Assembly (NCBI GenBank): GCA_044344255.1
Contig: JBIJDH010000008.1
Location: forward strand, 32,001 to 96,000
Reading direction: 5' to 3'
Origin: Myxococcota bacterium
Lineage (GTDB): Bacteria; Myxococcota_A; UBA796; UBA2385
DNA: 64,000 bases
The notes beneath the pieces are model-generated. The model saw only the letters and a list, made by a program, of their open reading frames with translations, had not been told where the DNA came from and searched no databases. Position numbers and translations under genes: made by a program. The first letter of the stretch is position 1, and the number at the start of each line of letters is the position of its first letter. This document shows, one piece after another, positions 9,645 through 17,914 of the stretch.

Positions 9645-11095
9645 TCCCCCCCCTCAAGCCCTCCCCGGGAGAGGCCATGTTCCGCGGGAAGGTGCGCCGT
9701 ATCCACTTTGTCGGCATCGGCGGCTCCGGCATGTCGGGCATCGCCGAGGTGCTGCTCACGATGGGCTACGCCGTCTCGGGCTCCGACACGAAGGAGAGCG
9801 CGACCGTGCGGGCCCTGCGAAAGCTTGGCGGCACCATCCTGATCGGCCACGACGAGGCCAACGTCGCCGGCGCCGACGTCGTCGTCCGCTCCACCGCCAT
9901 CTCGAACGAAAATGTGGAGATCAAGGCCGCTGAAGCCGCCAAGATCCCCGTCATCCCGCGCGCCGAGATGCTCGGTGAGCTGATGCGCATGAAGTACGGC
10001 CTCGCGGTGGCCGGCACCCACGGAAAGACCACCACCACGAGCATGTTGGCCCGCTGCCTCTTCGAGGCCGGCGCCGACCCCACCATCGTCATCGGCGGTC
10101 GGCTCGACGCCATCGGCAGCTCGGCCCGCCTCGGCGCCGGCGAGCACATGGTGGCCGAGGCCGACGAGTCGGACGGCAGCTTCATGCTGCTCGACCCCAC
10201 CGTGGTCATCATCACGAACATCGACCCCGAGCACCTCGACCACTGGGGCTCGATGGAGGCCCTGCTCAAGGGCTTCGTCGACTTCGCCAACAAGGTGCCC
10301 TTCTACGGCTTCGCCACCGTCTGCCTCGACCACCCCAACGTCCAGCGCATCCTGCCGCGCATCCGCCGGAAGGTGGTCACTTACGGCATGAACGAGCAGG
10401 CGGAGATGCGGGCCGATCATGTGCGCTACGAGGGCATGATCACCCGCTTCTCCCCCATCTGGCGGGGCCAGCGCCTGGGCGAGATCGCCCTCGGGATGCC
10501 CGGCCTGCACAACGTGAGCAACGCCCTCGCCGCCCTCGCCGTCGGCCTCGAGATCGGGATCCCCTTCGAGCGCCTCCAGGCCGGCCTCCTGCACTTCACG
10601 GGCGTGGATCGTCGCTTCAGCGTGCGAGCCGAGATCGTGCCCAACGATGCCCCCGAGGGCTCGCTGCCCGTCACGATCATCGACGACTACGGCCACCACC
10701 CGACGGAGATCGTGGCCACCCTCACCGCGGCGAGTCAGGTCTGGCCCGATCGGCGCCGCTTTGCCGTCTTCCAGCCTCACCGCTTCAGCCGCGTGCGCGA
10801 CCTGCTCGAGGACTTCGCCCGCAGCTTCAACTCGGCGACCCAGGTGGTGGTCTGCCCGGTGTACCGGGCCGGAGAGGCTCCCATCGAGGGGATCGATCAT
10901 CACCGCCTCGCCTCGCTCATCTCCGACTTCGGCCACCGCAGCGTCGTGCGGGTGGACAGCCTCGACGAGGCGACCGAACACCTCTCCCGGACCGTCGGCC
11001 CTGGTGACATCATCATCACCCTCGGCGCCGGAGACGTGAACCGGGTCTGCGGTGAGCTGACCGAGCGCCTCCGCGAGCGGGAGCCCTCTCCTTGA
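9641..11095 (+). CDS. murC: UDP-MurNAc:L-Ala ligase
   Basis: HFVGIGGSGMSGIA, AGTHGKTTTT, EADESDGSF, DDYGHHPTEI, FQPHR; ATG 9641 overlaps ftsW stop (alternative start 9677). Confidence 0.96.
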   Translation: MIPPLKPSPGEAMFRGKVRRIHFVGIGGSGMSGIAEVLLTMGYAVSGSDTKESATVRALRKLGGTILIGHDEANVAGADVVVRSTAISNENVEIKAAEAAKIPVIPRAEMLGELMRMKYGLAVAGTHGKTTTTSMLARCLFEAGADPTIVIGGRLDAIGSSARLGAGEHMVAEADESDGSFMLLDPTVVIITNIDPEHLDHWGSMEALLKGFVDFANKVPFYGFATVCLDHPNVQRILPRIRRKVVTYGMNEQAEMRADHVRYEGMITRFSPIWRGQRLGEIALGMPGLHNVSNALAALAVGLEIGIPFERLQAGLLHFTGVDRRFSVRAEIVPNDAPEGSLPVTIIDDYGHHPTEIVATLTAASQVWPDRRRFAVFQPHRFSRVRDLLEDFARSFNSATQVVVCPVYRAGEAPIEGIDHHRLASLISDFGHRSVVRVDSLDEATEHLSRTVGPGDIIITLGAGDVNRVCGELTERLREREPSP

Positions 11096-11970
11096 ACGTC
11101 TTCGAGCTGGCCGACGCCCTCCGGGAGCTCCCGGGGGCGACCGTGCGGGAGGAGGAGCCGCTCAGCCGGCACCTGCCCTACCGAATCGGCGGCCCGACCC
11201 ACCTCTGGGTGGAGGTGGTCGACGTCGCCACCCTGAAAGAGGCGCTCAAGCGCGCCCGCGCGCACAAGGTGCCGTGGCGGGTTCACTGGCCCTTCGAGGA
11301 GTGGCTCGTCCGCGACGGCGGCATCGCCGGGCTCGTCATCCGCCCCGGCCACGCCTTCGAGGACTGGCGGGTGGAGGACGGCGGCCTGGTCCTCGGCGGC
11401 GCCTGCCTCTTGGCCTCCGTCGCCTTGCGAGCGGACCTCTTCGATCGCAGCCTGCTCGGCCGCTGGCCCGGCACCCCCGGCGCGATCTTCGCCCGCAAAG
11501 AGCAGCGGCTGTTCACCGACCTCATCACCCGCGTGCGCTGGCTCCAGGGCCGCTCGATCGAGGAGGCCCGCCTCGCCCCCGGTGAAGACCCGCCCGAGCT
11601 CTCCGAGACGGCCGTGCTCCTCGACGTGGTGGTCCCGCTCGGGCCCCGGCCGCCGAGGCGGGTGCGCCACCCCTCGCCGCCGCCTCCCGGCACCCTCTTC
11701 GCCGATCCCCTCCAGGACGACAAGATCGTCCCCTCTCGCCGAGTGCTGGAGAGCGCGGGGGTCATCGGCGCGCGCCTCCGCGGCTGGCGACTCACCCCCG
11801 CCGAGCCCGGCACCCTCGTGCACATCGGCGGCTCCACCTGCTCCGACGCGCTGCTCTTCACCCAGGGCACGAAGGCGCGGGCCGAGAAGTCGCGCGGCGT
11901 CGAGCTCCACTCCCGCATCCCCCTCATCGGCCAGGATCCCCCCGCTCCCCGCCAGAAGGTGCGCCCATGA
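11092..11970 (+). CDS. MurB-like protein, apparently catalytically degenerate
   Basis: murB position between murC and ddl with 4-bp overlaps on both sides; retains EPLSRHLPYRIGGP, LVRDGGIAGLVI, PGT and GTLFADP scaffolding but lacks GxGSN, MNAG, YRxS, HANF and the LExE glutamate. Confidence 0.8.
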   Translation: MNVFELADALRELPGATVREEEPLSRHLPYRIGGPTHLWVEVVDVATLKEALKRARAHKVPWRVHWPFEEWLVRDGGIAGLVIRPGHAFEDWRVEDGGLVLGGACLLASVALRADLFDRSLLGRWPGTPGAIFARKEQRLFTDLITRVRWLQGRSIEEARLAPGEDPPELSETAVLLDVVVPLGPRPPRRVRHPSPPPPGTLFADPLQDDKIVPSRRVLESAGVIGARLRGWRLTPAEPGTLVHIGGSTCSDALLFTQGTKARAEKSRGVELHSRIPLIGQDPPAPRQKVRP

Positions 11971-12992
11971 CCACCCCCGCCGCAGCCGCCGCGTCCAGCC
12001 TCGACTTCAACCGCGACGAGCTCGTCCGTCAGCTCCAGAACCGGCAGCTCCGCGTGGGCGTGCTCAAGGGGGGGATGTCCACCGAGCGAAACGTCTCGCT
12101 GAAGAGCGGGGCCGCGGTCGCCGGGGCGCTCCGGGCCCGTGGCTACGACGTGGTCGAGATCGACGTCGGCCCCGACACCCCCGAGGAGCTGCGCCTGCAC
12201 GGGGTCGAGGTCGCCTGGATCGCGCTGCACGGCGCCTTCGGCGAGGACGGCGCCATCCAGGGCCTGCTCGAGATCATGCGCATCCCCTACACCGGGAGCG
12301 ACGTCCGCGGCTCCGCGGTCGCGATGGACAAGATCGCCACCAAGCGCATGCTGCGGGGCAGCGGCGTCCGGATGGCCGACGACCACGTCTGGAGCGTCGG
12401 TGACCCCATCCCCGAGGGGCTCACCTTCCCTGTCTTCGCCAAGAACCCCACCGGCGGCTCCACCATCGGCGTCTTCCGCTGCACAGACGCCGCCTCGCTG
12501 GAGGGCGCGCTCGTACAATGTGTACAGTTCGGCGCCGAGGTCCTCATCGAGCAGGAGATCAAGGGTGAGGAGATCACGGTCGCCGTGCTCGAAGGCCGGG
12601 CGCTCCCTGTCGTCGCCATCCGCCCCACCATCGGCACCTTCGACTTCGAGGCCAAGTACACGGCCGGGAAGACCGAGTACATCGTGCCCGCCCCCATCGC
12701 CGAGGCCACCGCGAAGGCCGCGCAGGAGCGCGCGGTGCTCGCGTACAAGACCCTCGACCTCCACGGCGTGGCCCGCGCCGACTTCATCGTCGACGCCGAC
12801 GGCGAGCCCTGGTTCCTCGAGATCAACACCATCCCCGGCATGACGGCCACGAGCCTCTCGCCGATGGCGGCCGGCGCCATCGGGATGTCCTTCGAGGACC
12901 TCGTCGAGACCCTGCTCCTCGGCGCGCGGCTCTACCTGCAGCGGGCCCCCCAGGCGCAGCAGGCGAAGCCGGGCGCGAAGGGCCACGCCTGA
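11967..12992 (+). CDS. ddl: D-alanine--D-alanine ligase
   Basis: GGMSTERNVSLKSG, ALHGAFGEDG, IPYTGS, MDKIATK, FDFEAKY, EINTIPGMT. Confidence 0.96.
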   Translation: MTTPAAAAASSLDFNRDELVRQLQNRQLRVGVLKGGMSTERNVSLKSGAAVAGALRARGYDVVEIDVGPDTPEELRLHGVEVAWIALHGAFGEDGAIQGLLEIMRIPYTGSDVRGSAVAMDKIATKRMLRGSGVRMADDHVWSVGDPIPEGLTFPVFAKNPTGGSTIGVFRCTDAASLEGALVQCVQFGAEVLIEQEIKGEEITVAVLEGRALPVVAIRPTIGTFDFEAKYTAGKTEYIVPAPIAEATAKAAQERAVLAYKTLDLHGVARADFIVDADGEPWFLEINTIPGMTATSLSPMAAGAIGMSFEDLVETLLLGARLYLQRAPQAQQAKPGAKGHA

Positions 12993-13088
12993 GCCGCCGC
13001 ACGGTCGCCGCGCCCTCGGGTTCGGGGGCCGCCGCGGTGGGATAGGGCGGGGCTCCGACACCCGCTCGCTCGATCCCGCAGGAACCCC

Positions 13089-14552
13089 ATGGCCGTCGCC
13101 GACTCCCTCCTCATCCCCACCGCGACCGGCGCCCCGCGCGCCATCCTCGTGGGGGTCCTCGTCCCCGGGCGGCCGCCCGAGCAGCTCCAGAGCTCCCTCG
13201 ATGAGCTCGGCCGCCTCTGCGACACGCTCGGCTTCGAGGTCGTCGGGCGGATGACCCAGCGCCGCGGCAGCACCCGCGCCATCGTGCTGCTCGGGGAGGG
13301 GCGCCTGCGGGCCCTCGCCGAGTGGACGGGCGGCAGCGGCGCCGTGCACCGCGGCCCCCAGAAGACGAAGCGCGATGAGGCCCGGGAGGCCGGCGCCGAG
13401 GCCGAGGAGGAAGACGAACAGACCTTCGAGGATACCTCTGAAGATGAGCAAACAGAGGGGCCCGGCTACGAGGCCCACGAGGCGGTGACCGCCGAGGGCG
13501 CTCCCGTGCACCTCCGCGAAGGGCGGCGCGCCGACGTCGTCGTCGTCGATCACGAGCTGTCCCCCTCGCAGCTCCGCAACCTCAAGAGCGCGACTGGCGT
13601 CGAGGTGCTCGACCGCACCGGCGTCATCATCGAGATCTTCCACAAGCGGGCGAAGAGCCGCGAGGCCCGCCTCCAGGTGGAGCTCGCCCGCCTCGCTTAC
13701 CTCGCCCCGCGGCTCCGCGAGCTCGGCGGCCCGTCGGAGCGCCAGCGCGGCGGCATCGGCGGCAAGGGCGCGGGCGAGACCGACATTGAGATGGACCGCC
13801 GCAAGGTCCGTGATCGGATGTCTGAGCTCCGCCACGAGCTCGCCGCCCTCGACACCGAGCGCAGCGTGCGAAGGAGCCGTCGAAAGGACGCCCGCCAGGT
13901 GGCCCTCGTCGGCTACACGAACGCTGGCAAGTCAAGCCTCATGCGCGCGCTGACCGGGGCGCAGATCTACGTGGCCGATCAGCTCTTCGCCACCCTCGAC
14001 ACCACCGTGCGGCGGCTCGTCCCCGAGCTGATGCCGCCCGTGCTCGTCACCGACACCGTCGGCTTCATCCAAGACCTCCCCCACAGCCTCGTCGCCAGCT
14101 TCCGCTCCACCCTCGAGGCGGCGATCGACGCCGGGCTCCTCCTCCAGGTGGTCGACGTGGCCGACCCCTCCTGGCGGGTCCAGGAGGCCGTGACCCGCGA
14201 GGTGCTCGAGCAGATCGACGCCGGCGACCTCCCCCGCCGCCTCGTCTTCAACAAGTGCGACAAGCTCGACCCCGCCGTCGAGGAGGCCCTCCGGATCGAG
14301 CGCCCCGACGCCTGGTTCACCGCCGCCCACAGCCCGAGCCGCGTCGCCGACCTCCACCACCGCATCGCCGAGCACTTCGGCGTCGCCACCGTCGAGGTCG
14401 AGCTCTTGGTGCCCTGGGCCAAGGGCGCCCTCACGGGGCGGGTGCACGCCGAGGTGGAGGTGCTCTCCACCGCCTACATCGACGAGGGCACCGTGTTCCG
14501 GGTGCGGGGGCCGGAGACGACGGTGGAGCGCCTGCAGCAGGCCCTCCGCTGA
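13089..14552 (+). CDS. hflX: Ribosome-splitting GTPase HflX
   Basis: ELSPSQLRNL, EARLQVELA, GAGET, G1 GYTNAGKS, G2 LFATLD, G3 DTVG, G4 NKCD. Confidence 0.95.
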   Translation: MAVADSLLIPTATGAPRAILVGVLVPGRPPEQLQSSLDELGRLCDTLGFEVVGRMTQRRGSTRAIVLLGEGRLRALAEWTGGSGAVHRGPQKTKRDEAREAGAEAEEEDEQTFEDTSEDEQTEGPGYEAHEAVTAEGAPVHLREGRRADVVVVDHELSPSQLRNLKSATGVEVLDRTGVIIEIFHKRAKSREARLQVELARLAYLAPRLRELGGPSERQRGGIGGKGAGETDIEMDRRKVRDRMSELRHELAALDTERSVRRSRRKDARQVALVGYTNAGKSSLMRALTGAQIYVADQLFATLDTTVRRLVPELMPPVLVTDTVGFIQDLPHSLVASFRSTLEAAIDAGLLLQVVDVADPSWRVQEAVTREVLEQIDAGDLPRRLVFNKCDKLDPAVEEALRIERPDAWFTAAHSPSRVADLHHRIAEHFGVATVEVELLVPWAKGALTGRVHAEVEVLSTAYIDEGTVFRVRGPETTVERLQQALR

Positions 14553-14567
14553 GCCGCGGCGAGGCCG

Positions 14568-15251
14568 TCAGGCCCGCTCTCCGAGATAGAGCAGGTGCCG
14601 CGAGCCCTTCTTGACGGCACCTCGCGCCCGCACCGGCTCGACGGAGGCCCGAAAGCCCGCCCGCGTCAGCGCGTCCAGGAAGCGCGGCGCTGGGAAGGCC
14701 GACCAGACCACGAGCAGGCCCCCCGGTCGCAGCGCGGCGTAGGTGGTCCGCAGCCCCTCCGCACCGTAGAGCCAAGCGTTGCTGTCTGCGGTGAAGGCCT
14801 GGGGCCCATTGTCCACGTCGAGCAACACACGATCGTATCGAGCGGAATCGGGGCCCCGAGCCGCCGCGCGGAGGCAGCCGACCACGTCGCCTTCGTGGAG
14901 GGCTACGCGGGGGTCGTCGAGGGGGTGACCGGCGAGGGGCCCGAGCAGGCCGCGGTTCCAGCCGACGAGGGCCGGCAGCAGCTCGGCCACCACCACCCGG
15001 GCCTCGGGGCCGAGGTGATCGAGGGCCGCCCGCAGCGTGAAGCCCATCCCGAGCCCCCCCACGAGCACCACCGCCCGCGGCCCCGCTCTTAAGCAGCCCC
15101 GCTCGGCCAGGAGCGCCTCGGAGCCCGACACCCGGCTCGACATCAAGGAGAGGTTGCCGAGCCGAATGACGAGGTGCGCGCCCTCCTGGCGGAGGCTGAG
15201 GCGGGCGCCCTCGGGGGTGAGGGTCTCATCGAGCAGCTGGTCGGGTCGCAA
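14568..15251 (-). CDS. Spermidine-synthase-like SAM-dependent methyltransferase
   Basis: LMSSR..GSE, VLVGGLGMGFTLRAAL, AELLP, LLDVDNGP, LRPGG; TTG start. Confidence 0.8.
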   Translation of the reverse strand: MRPDQLLDETLTPEGARLSLRQEGAHLVIRLGNLSLMSSRVSGSEALLAERGCLRAGPRAVVLVGGLGMGFTLRAALDHLGPEARVVVAELLPALVGWNRGLLGPLAGHPLDDPRVALHEGDVVGCLRAAARGPDSARYDRVLLDVDNGPQAFTADSNAWLYGAEGLRTTYAALRPGGLLVVWSAFPAPRFLDALTRAGFRASVEPVRARGAVKKGSRHLLYLGERA

Positions 15252-15294
15252 GCGGGCCCGTAGCGCGCGACGTCGGGGGTGTCGAAGATCCGTC

Positions 15295-15327
15295 GACCTT
15301 CGTCAGACCTTCGTCAGACCTTCGTCA
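15295..15327. repeat. Three perfect tandem copies of GACCTTCGTCA (11 bp)
   Basis: Copies at 15295, 15306 and 15317, read directly. Confidence 0.95.
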
Positions 15328-15410
15328 CCCCCGACGGATCCGTCCCCAGCGGCGTCATCGCCGATCTTGCTCGATGCCAGGGGTGACGACTGTCGTCAGG
15401 CAGTCCACCG

Positions 15411-15445
15411 TAAGTACCTGATATTTCAATGGCATGAGGCGTGCA
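15411..15445 (+). promoter_or_regulatory. Putative sigma54 promoter with adjacent IHF site
   Basis: TGGCATGAGGCGTGCA (15430-15445) has GG-N10-GC spacing; TAAGTACCTGATA (15411-15423) matches IHF consensus YAANNNNTTGATW with one mismatch, in a locally AT-rich patch. Confidence 0.7.
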
Positions 15446-15550
15446 TGGCTCCTCGCGTCCTCACGGACTGCCCACCACACGGTGGAAGTCGCCGCCCCCG
15501 CTTGTCATCCTCACCTGCCGCTGACATACTCAACACACTCAGGAGCCTCC

Positions 15551-17914
15551 ATGTTCCCCAATCTTCGATCGCCGGCCCTCCTCATCGCGCTCTTCCTCGG
15601 CTCTGCGTGCGGTAAGAGCGGCGGCGACAAGGCCGGCACCGTCGGTAGCTCCCCCTCCACGGACGACGGGGAGGGCACCTCTCCCGACCAGGACAGCGAC
15701 GGCGACGGGCTGACCGACCTCGAGGAGCTGGAGGCCGGCTCCGACCCGAACAACGCGGACACCGATGGAGACTACATCCCCGACGCGGAGGAGGTCGAAG
15801 CGGGCACTGACCCCACCCAGAGCGACAGCGACGGAGACGGTCTCAGCGACCTCGAAGAGACCGTGATGGGGACCGATCCCGTCGATCCCGACTCTGACGA
15901 CGACGGGCTCAGCGACGGTGAGGAGTCCGAAGAGACCGGCACCGATCCCAGCGAGGCCGACACCGACGGCGACGGCATCACCGACGGCCAGGAGGTCGCC
16001 GACGGGACAGACCCCGGGGACGCCGACTCGGACGGCGACGGCATCACCGACAGCCAGGAGGCGGAGCTCGGGACCGACCCCAACGACGCCGACTCGGACG
16101 GCGACGGGCTGGATGACAAGACCGAGATCCGCCTCGATACGGACCCCACGAACCCCGACACCGACGGAGACGGCCTCAGCGACAGCGAGGAGCTCGACAT
16201 CTACGGCACCGACCCCCGGCTCAGCGACTCGGACTCCGACTTGGTCTCCGACGGCGACGAGGTGGCGGCCGGCACCGACCCCAACATCTCCGACCTCGAC
16301 TCCGACGGGGACGGGCTCACCGACCTCCAGGAGGTGATCACCGTGACCGACCCCGCCGACGCTGACAGCGACGACGACGGGCTCTCAGACGGCGCCGAGA
16401 TCCTGCTCTACCACACCGAGCCAAACGACAAGGACACAGACGACGACGGGTACCTGGACAAGGACGAGATCGCCGCGGGCACCGACCCGCGCGACTCCGA
16501 CACCGACGGCGACGGCTTCTCGGACGGACAGGAGGCGAGCTGGGGCGGTGACCCGCTGAACTCGCTGGTGGTGCCCGCGATCGCAGGTATCAACTCCATC
16601 GTCACCTGCGCGAGCGTCACCACCATCACCGACGGGAACCACTTCGGCTCCTCGGACTACTATTCGTCATACAGACCTACAGAAGGAAAGGGAGACGAGT
16701 GTCTGTGCACCGTCCTTATCGGCGCCACAGACCTCACACCTGTCACCGGAGTGACCATCTGGACTCCGACCTCCGTTCACACCGCCACGACCTGGGAGGC
16801 TGATCCGCGCCCCCGTGCGGTGGCGATCGAGCGGGACACTACCGCGGCCTGGTTCGCCCGGACCTCCACCTTCGCGGTCGAGTTGGACGGCGCGGCGATC
16901 GATGAGACGGGCACGGACAGCTGGTACGCCTTCGACGACGACCCGTCGGTGCCCGACGTGGACCCGGCCGGAGCCTGGGACATGCTCAGCACCGCCTCCG
17001 TCAACATCTCCGGCACCTACAACGTCTACGTCTCGACCCGGAACCCGCTTGGCGAGAAGCTGGAGAGCTGCGATGTCTTTGCCAGCCCGAGCGGCGTCGG
17101 CTCCGGCATGATGGTCCGCATCGACTACGCGCCCCCCAAGCTCGCCAAGGCCACCACCCGGCGCGCGATGGACTGTGTCGCCGGGGCGAGCGGCACCACC
17201 CGCTTCCAGCCGCTGAGCCTGGACACGGGGCGCGCCCTCCCGGTGGCCTTGGGGGGCACCCCCGGCTTCCTCGGCGCCGCCGCCACCCGCGTCGAGGTCA
17301 GCGACTGGCATGGGGCCGACCGTGTCTCCTTCCGCGACCGCACCGGCCGCGAGCTGACGCTGAGCCCGGGGCACCCCGCGATCAACCTGCCGGTCGGCGC
17401 GCTCCCGGTGAGCCAGCTCCAGTTCGTCTCCGGGCGCAGCGCCACCGGCCTCTACCGGGACCCGGAGGTGCTGGTTCAGCACACCTGTCCGGCCCAGCCG
17501 CCGCCGCCGCAGCGCTCGGTGGACCCCACCTGGTCGGTCACCTGGGCCGAGGTCGGTGAGCTGATGGGGTCGGCGACCGGCGGGCTCAGCCTCGAGGCCG
17601 CCGGGCTCCGCGTACAAGGCCTGGACTGGCCCAGCTTCGCGATCCGCCTGCACGCCGACCCCAACTCGGACCGCGGGGTCCTGGCCCTGGACGCGACCGG
17701 GGTGGGCACGCTCTACAGCTTCCCGGTCGCGCGGACGAGCGCCGGGGGGTGGGCTTTCGCGCACCACGGCCCGCAGGCGATGCTCCGCGGAGAGCTGGTC
17801 GGACAAGGCGCGGCCACCGAGCTGCGCCTGAGCTCGGGGAGGCTCGACAGCCCGAACGGGGCCATCGACCTCCTCCCCGCTCGACTGGTCCTCGGGGCCG
17901 CCGATGGGCAGTGA
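15551..17914 (+). CDS. Lipoprotein with 13 bacterial TSP3-like Ca-binding repeats and an unrecognised C-terminal region
   Basis: AGGAG RBS at 15541; lipobox FLGSA-C; 13 units of D(S/T)DGDG.SD..E...GTDP. Confidence 0.85.
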   Translation: MFPNLRSPALLIALFLGSACGKSGGDKAGTVGSSPSTDDGEGTSPDQDSDGDGLTDLEELEAGSDPNNADTDGDYIPDAEEVEAGTDPTQSDSDGDGLSDLEETVMGTDPVDPDSDDDGLSDGEESEETGTDPSEADTDGDGITDGQEVADGTDPGDADSDGDGITDSQEAELGTDPNDADSDGDGLDDKTEIRLDTDPTNPDTDGDGLSDSEELDIYGTDPRLSDSDSDLVSDGDEVAAGTDPNISDLDSDGDGLTDLQEVITVTDPADADSDDDGLSDGAEILLYHTEPNDKDTDDDGYLDKDEIAAGTDPRDSDTDGDGFSDGQEASWGGDPLNSLVVPAIAGINSIVTCASVTTITDGNHFGSSDYYSSYRPTEGKGDECLCTVLIGATDLTPVTGVTIWTPTSVHTATTWEADPRPRAVAIERDTTAAWFARTSTFAVELDGAAIDETGTDSWYAFDDDPSVPDVDPAGAWDMLSTASVNISGTYNVYVSTRNPLGEKLESCDVFASPSGVGSGMMVRIDYAPPKLAKATTRRAMDCVAGASGTTRFQPLSLDTGRALPVALGGTPGFLGAAATRVEVSDWHGADRVSFRDRTGRELTLSPGHPAINLPVGALPVSQLQFVSGRSATGLYRDPEVLVQHTCPAQPPPPQRSVDPTWSVTWAEVGELMGSATGGLSLEAAGLRVQGLDWPSFAIRLHADPNSDRGVLALDATGVGTLYSFPVARTSAGGWAFAHHGPQAMLRGELVGQGAATELRLSSGRLDSPNGAIDLLPARLVLGAADGQ

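Noticed and set aside
11092..11970. Calling this gene a functional murB or a pseudogene
   Set aside because: Catalytic and FAD motifs are missing, yet the frame is intact, full length and coupled on both sides
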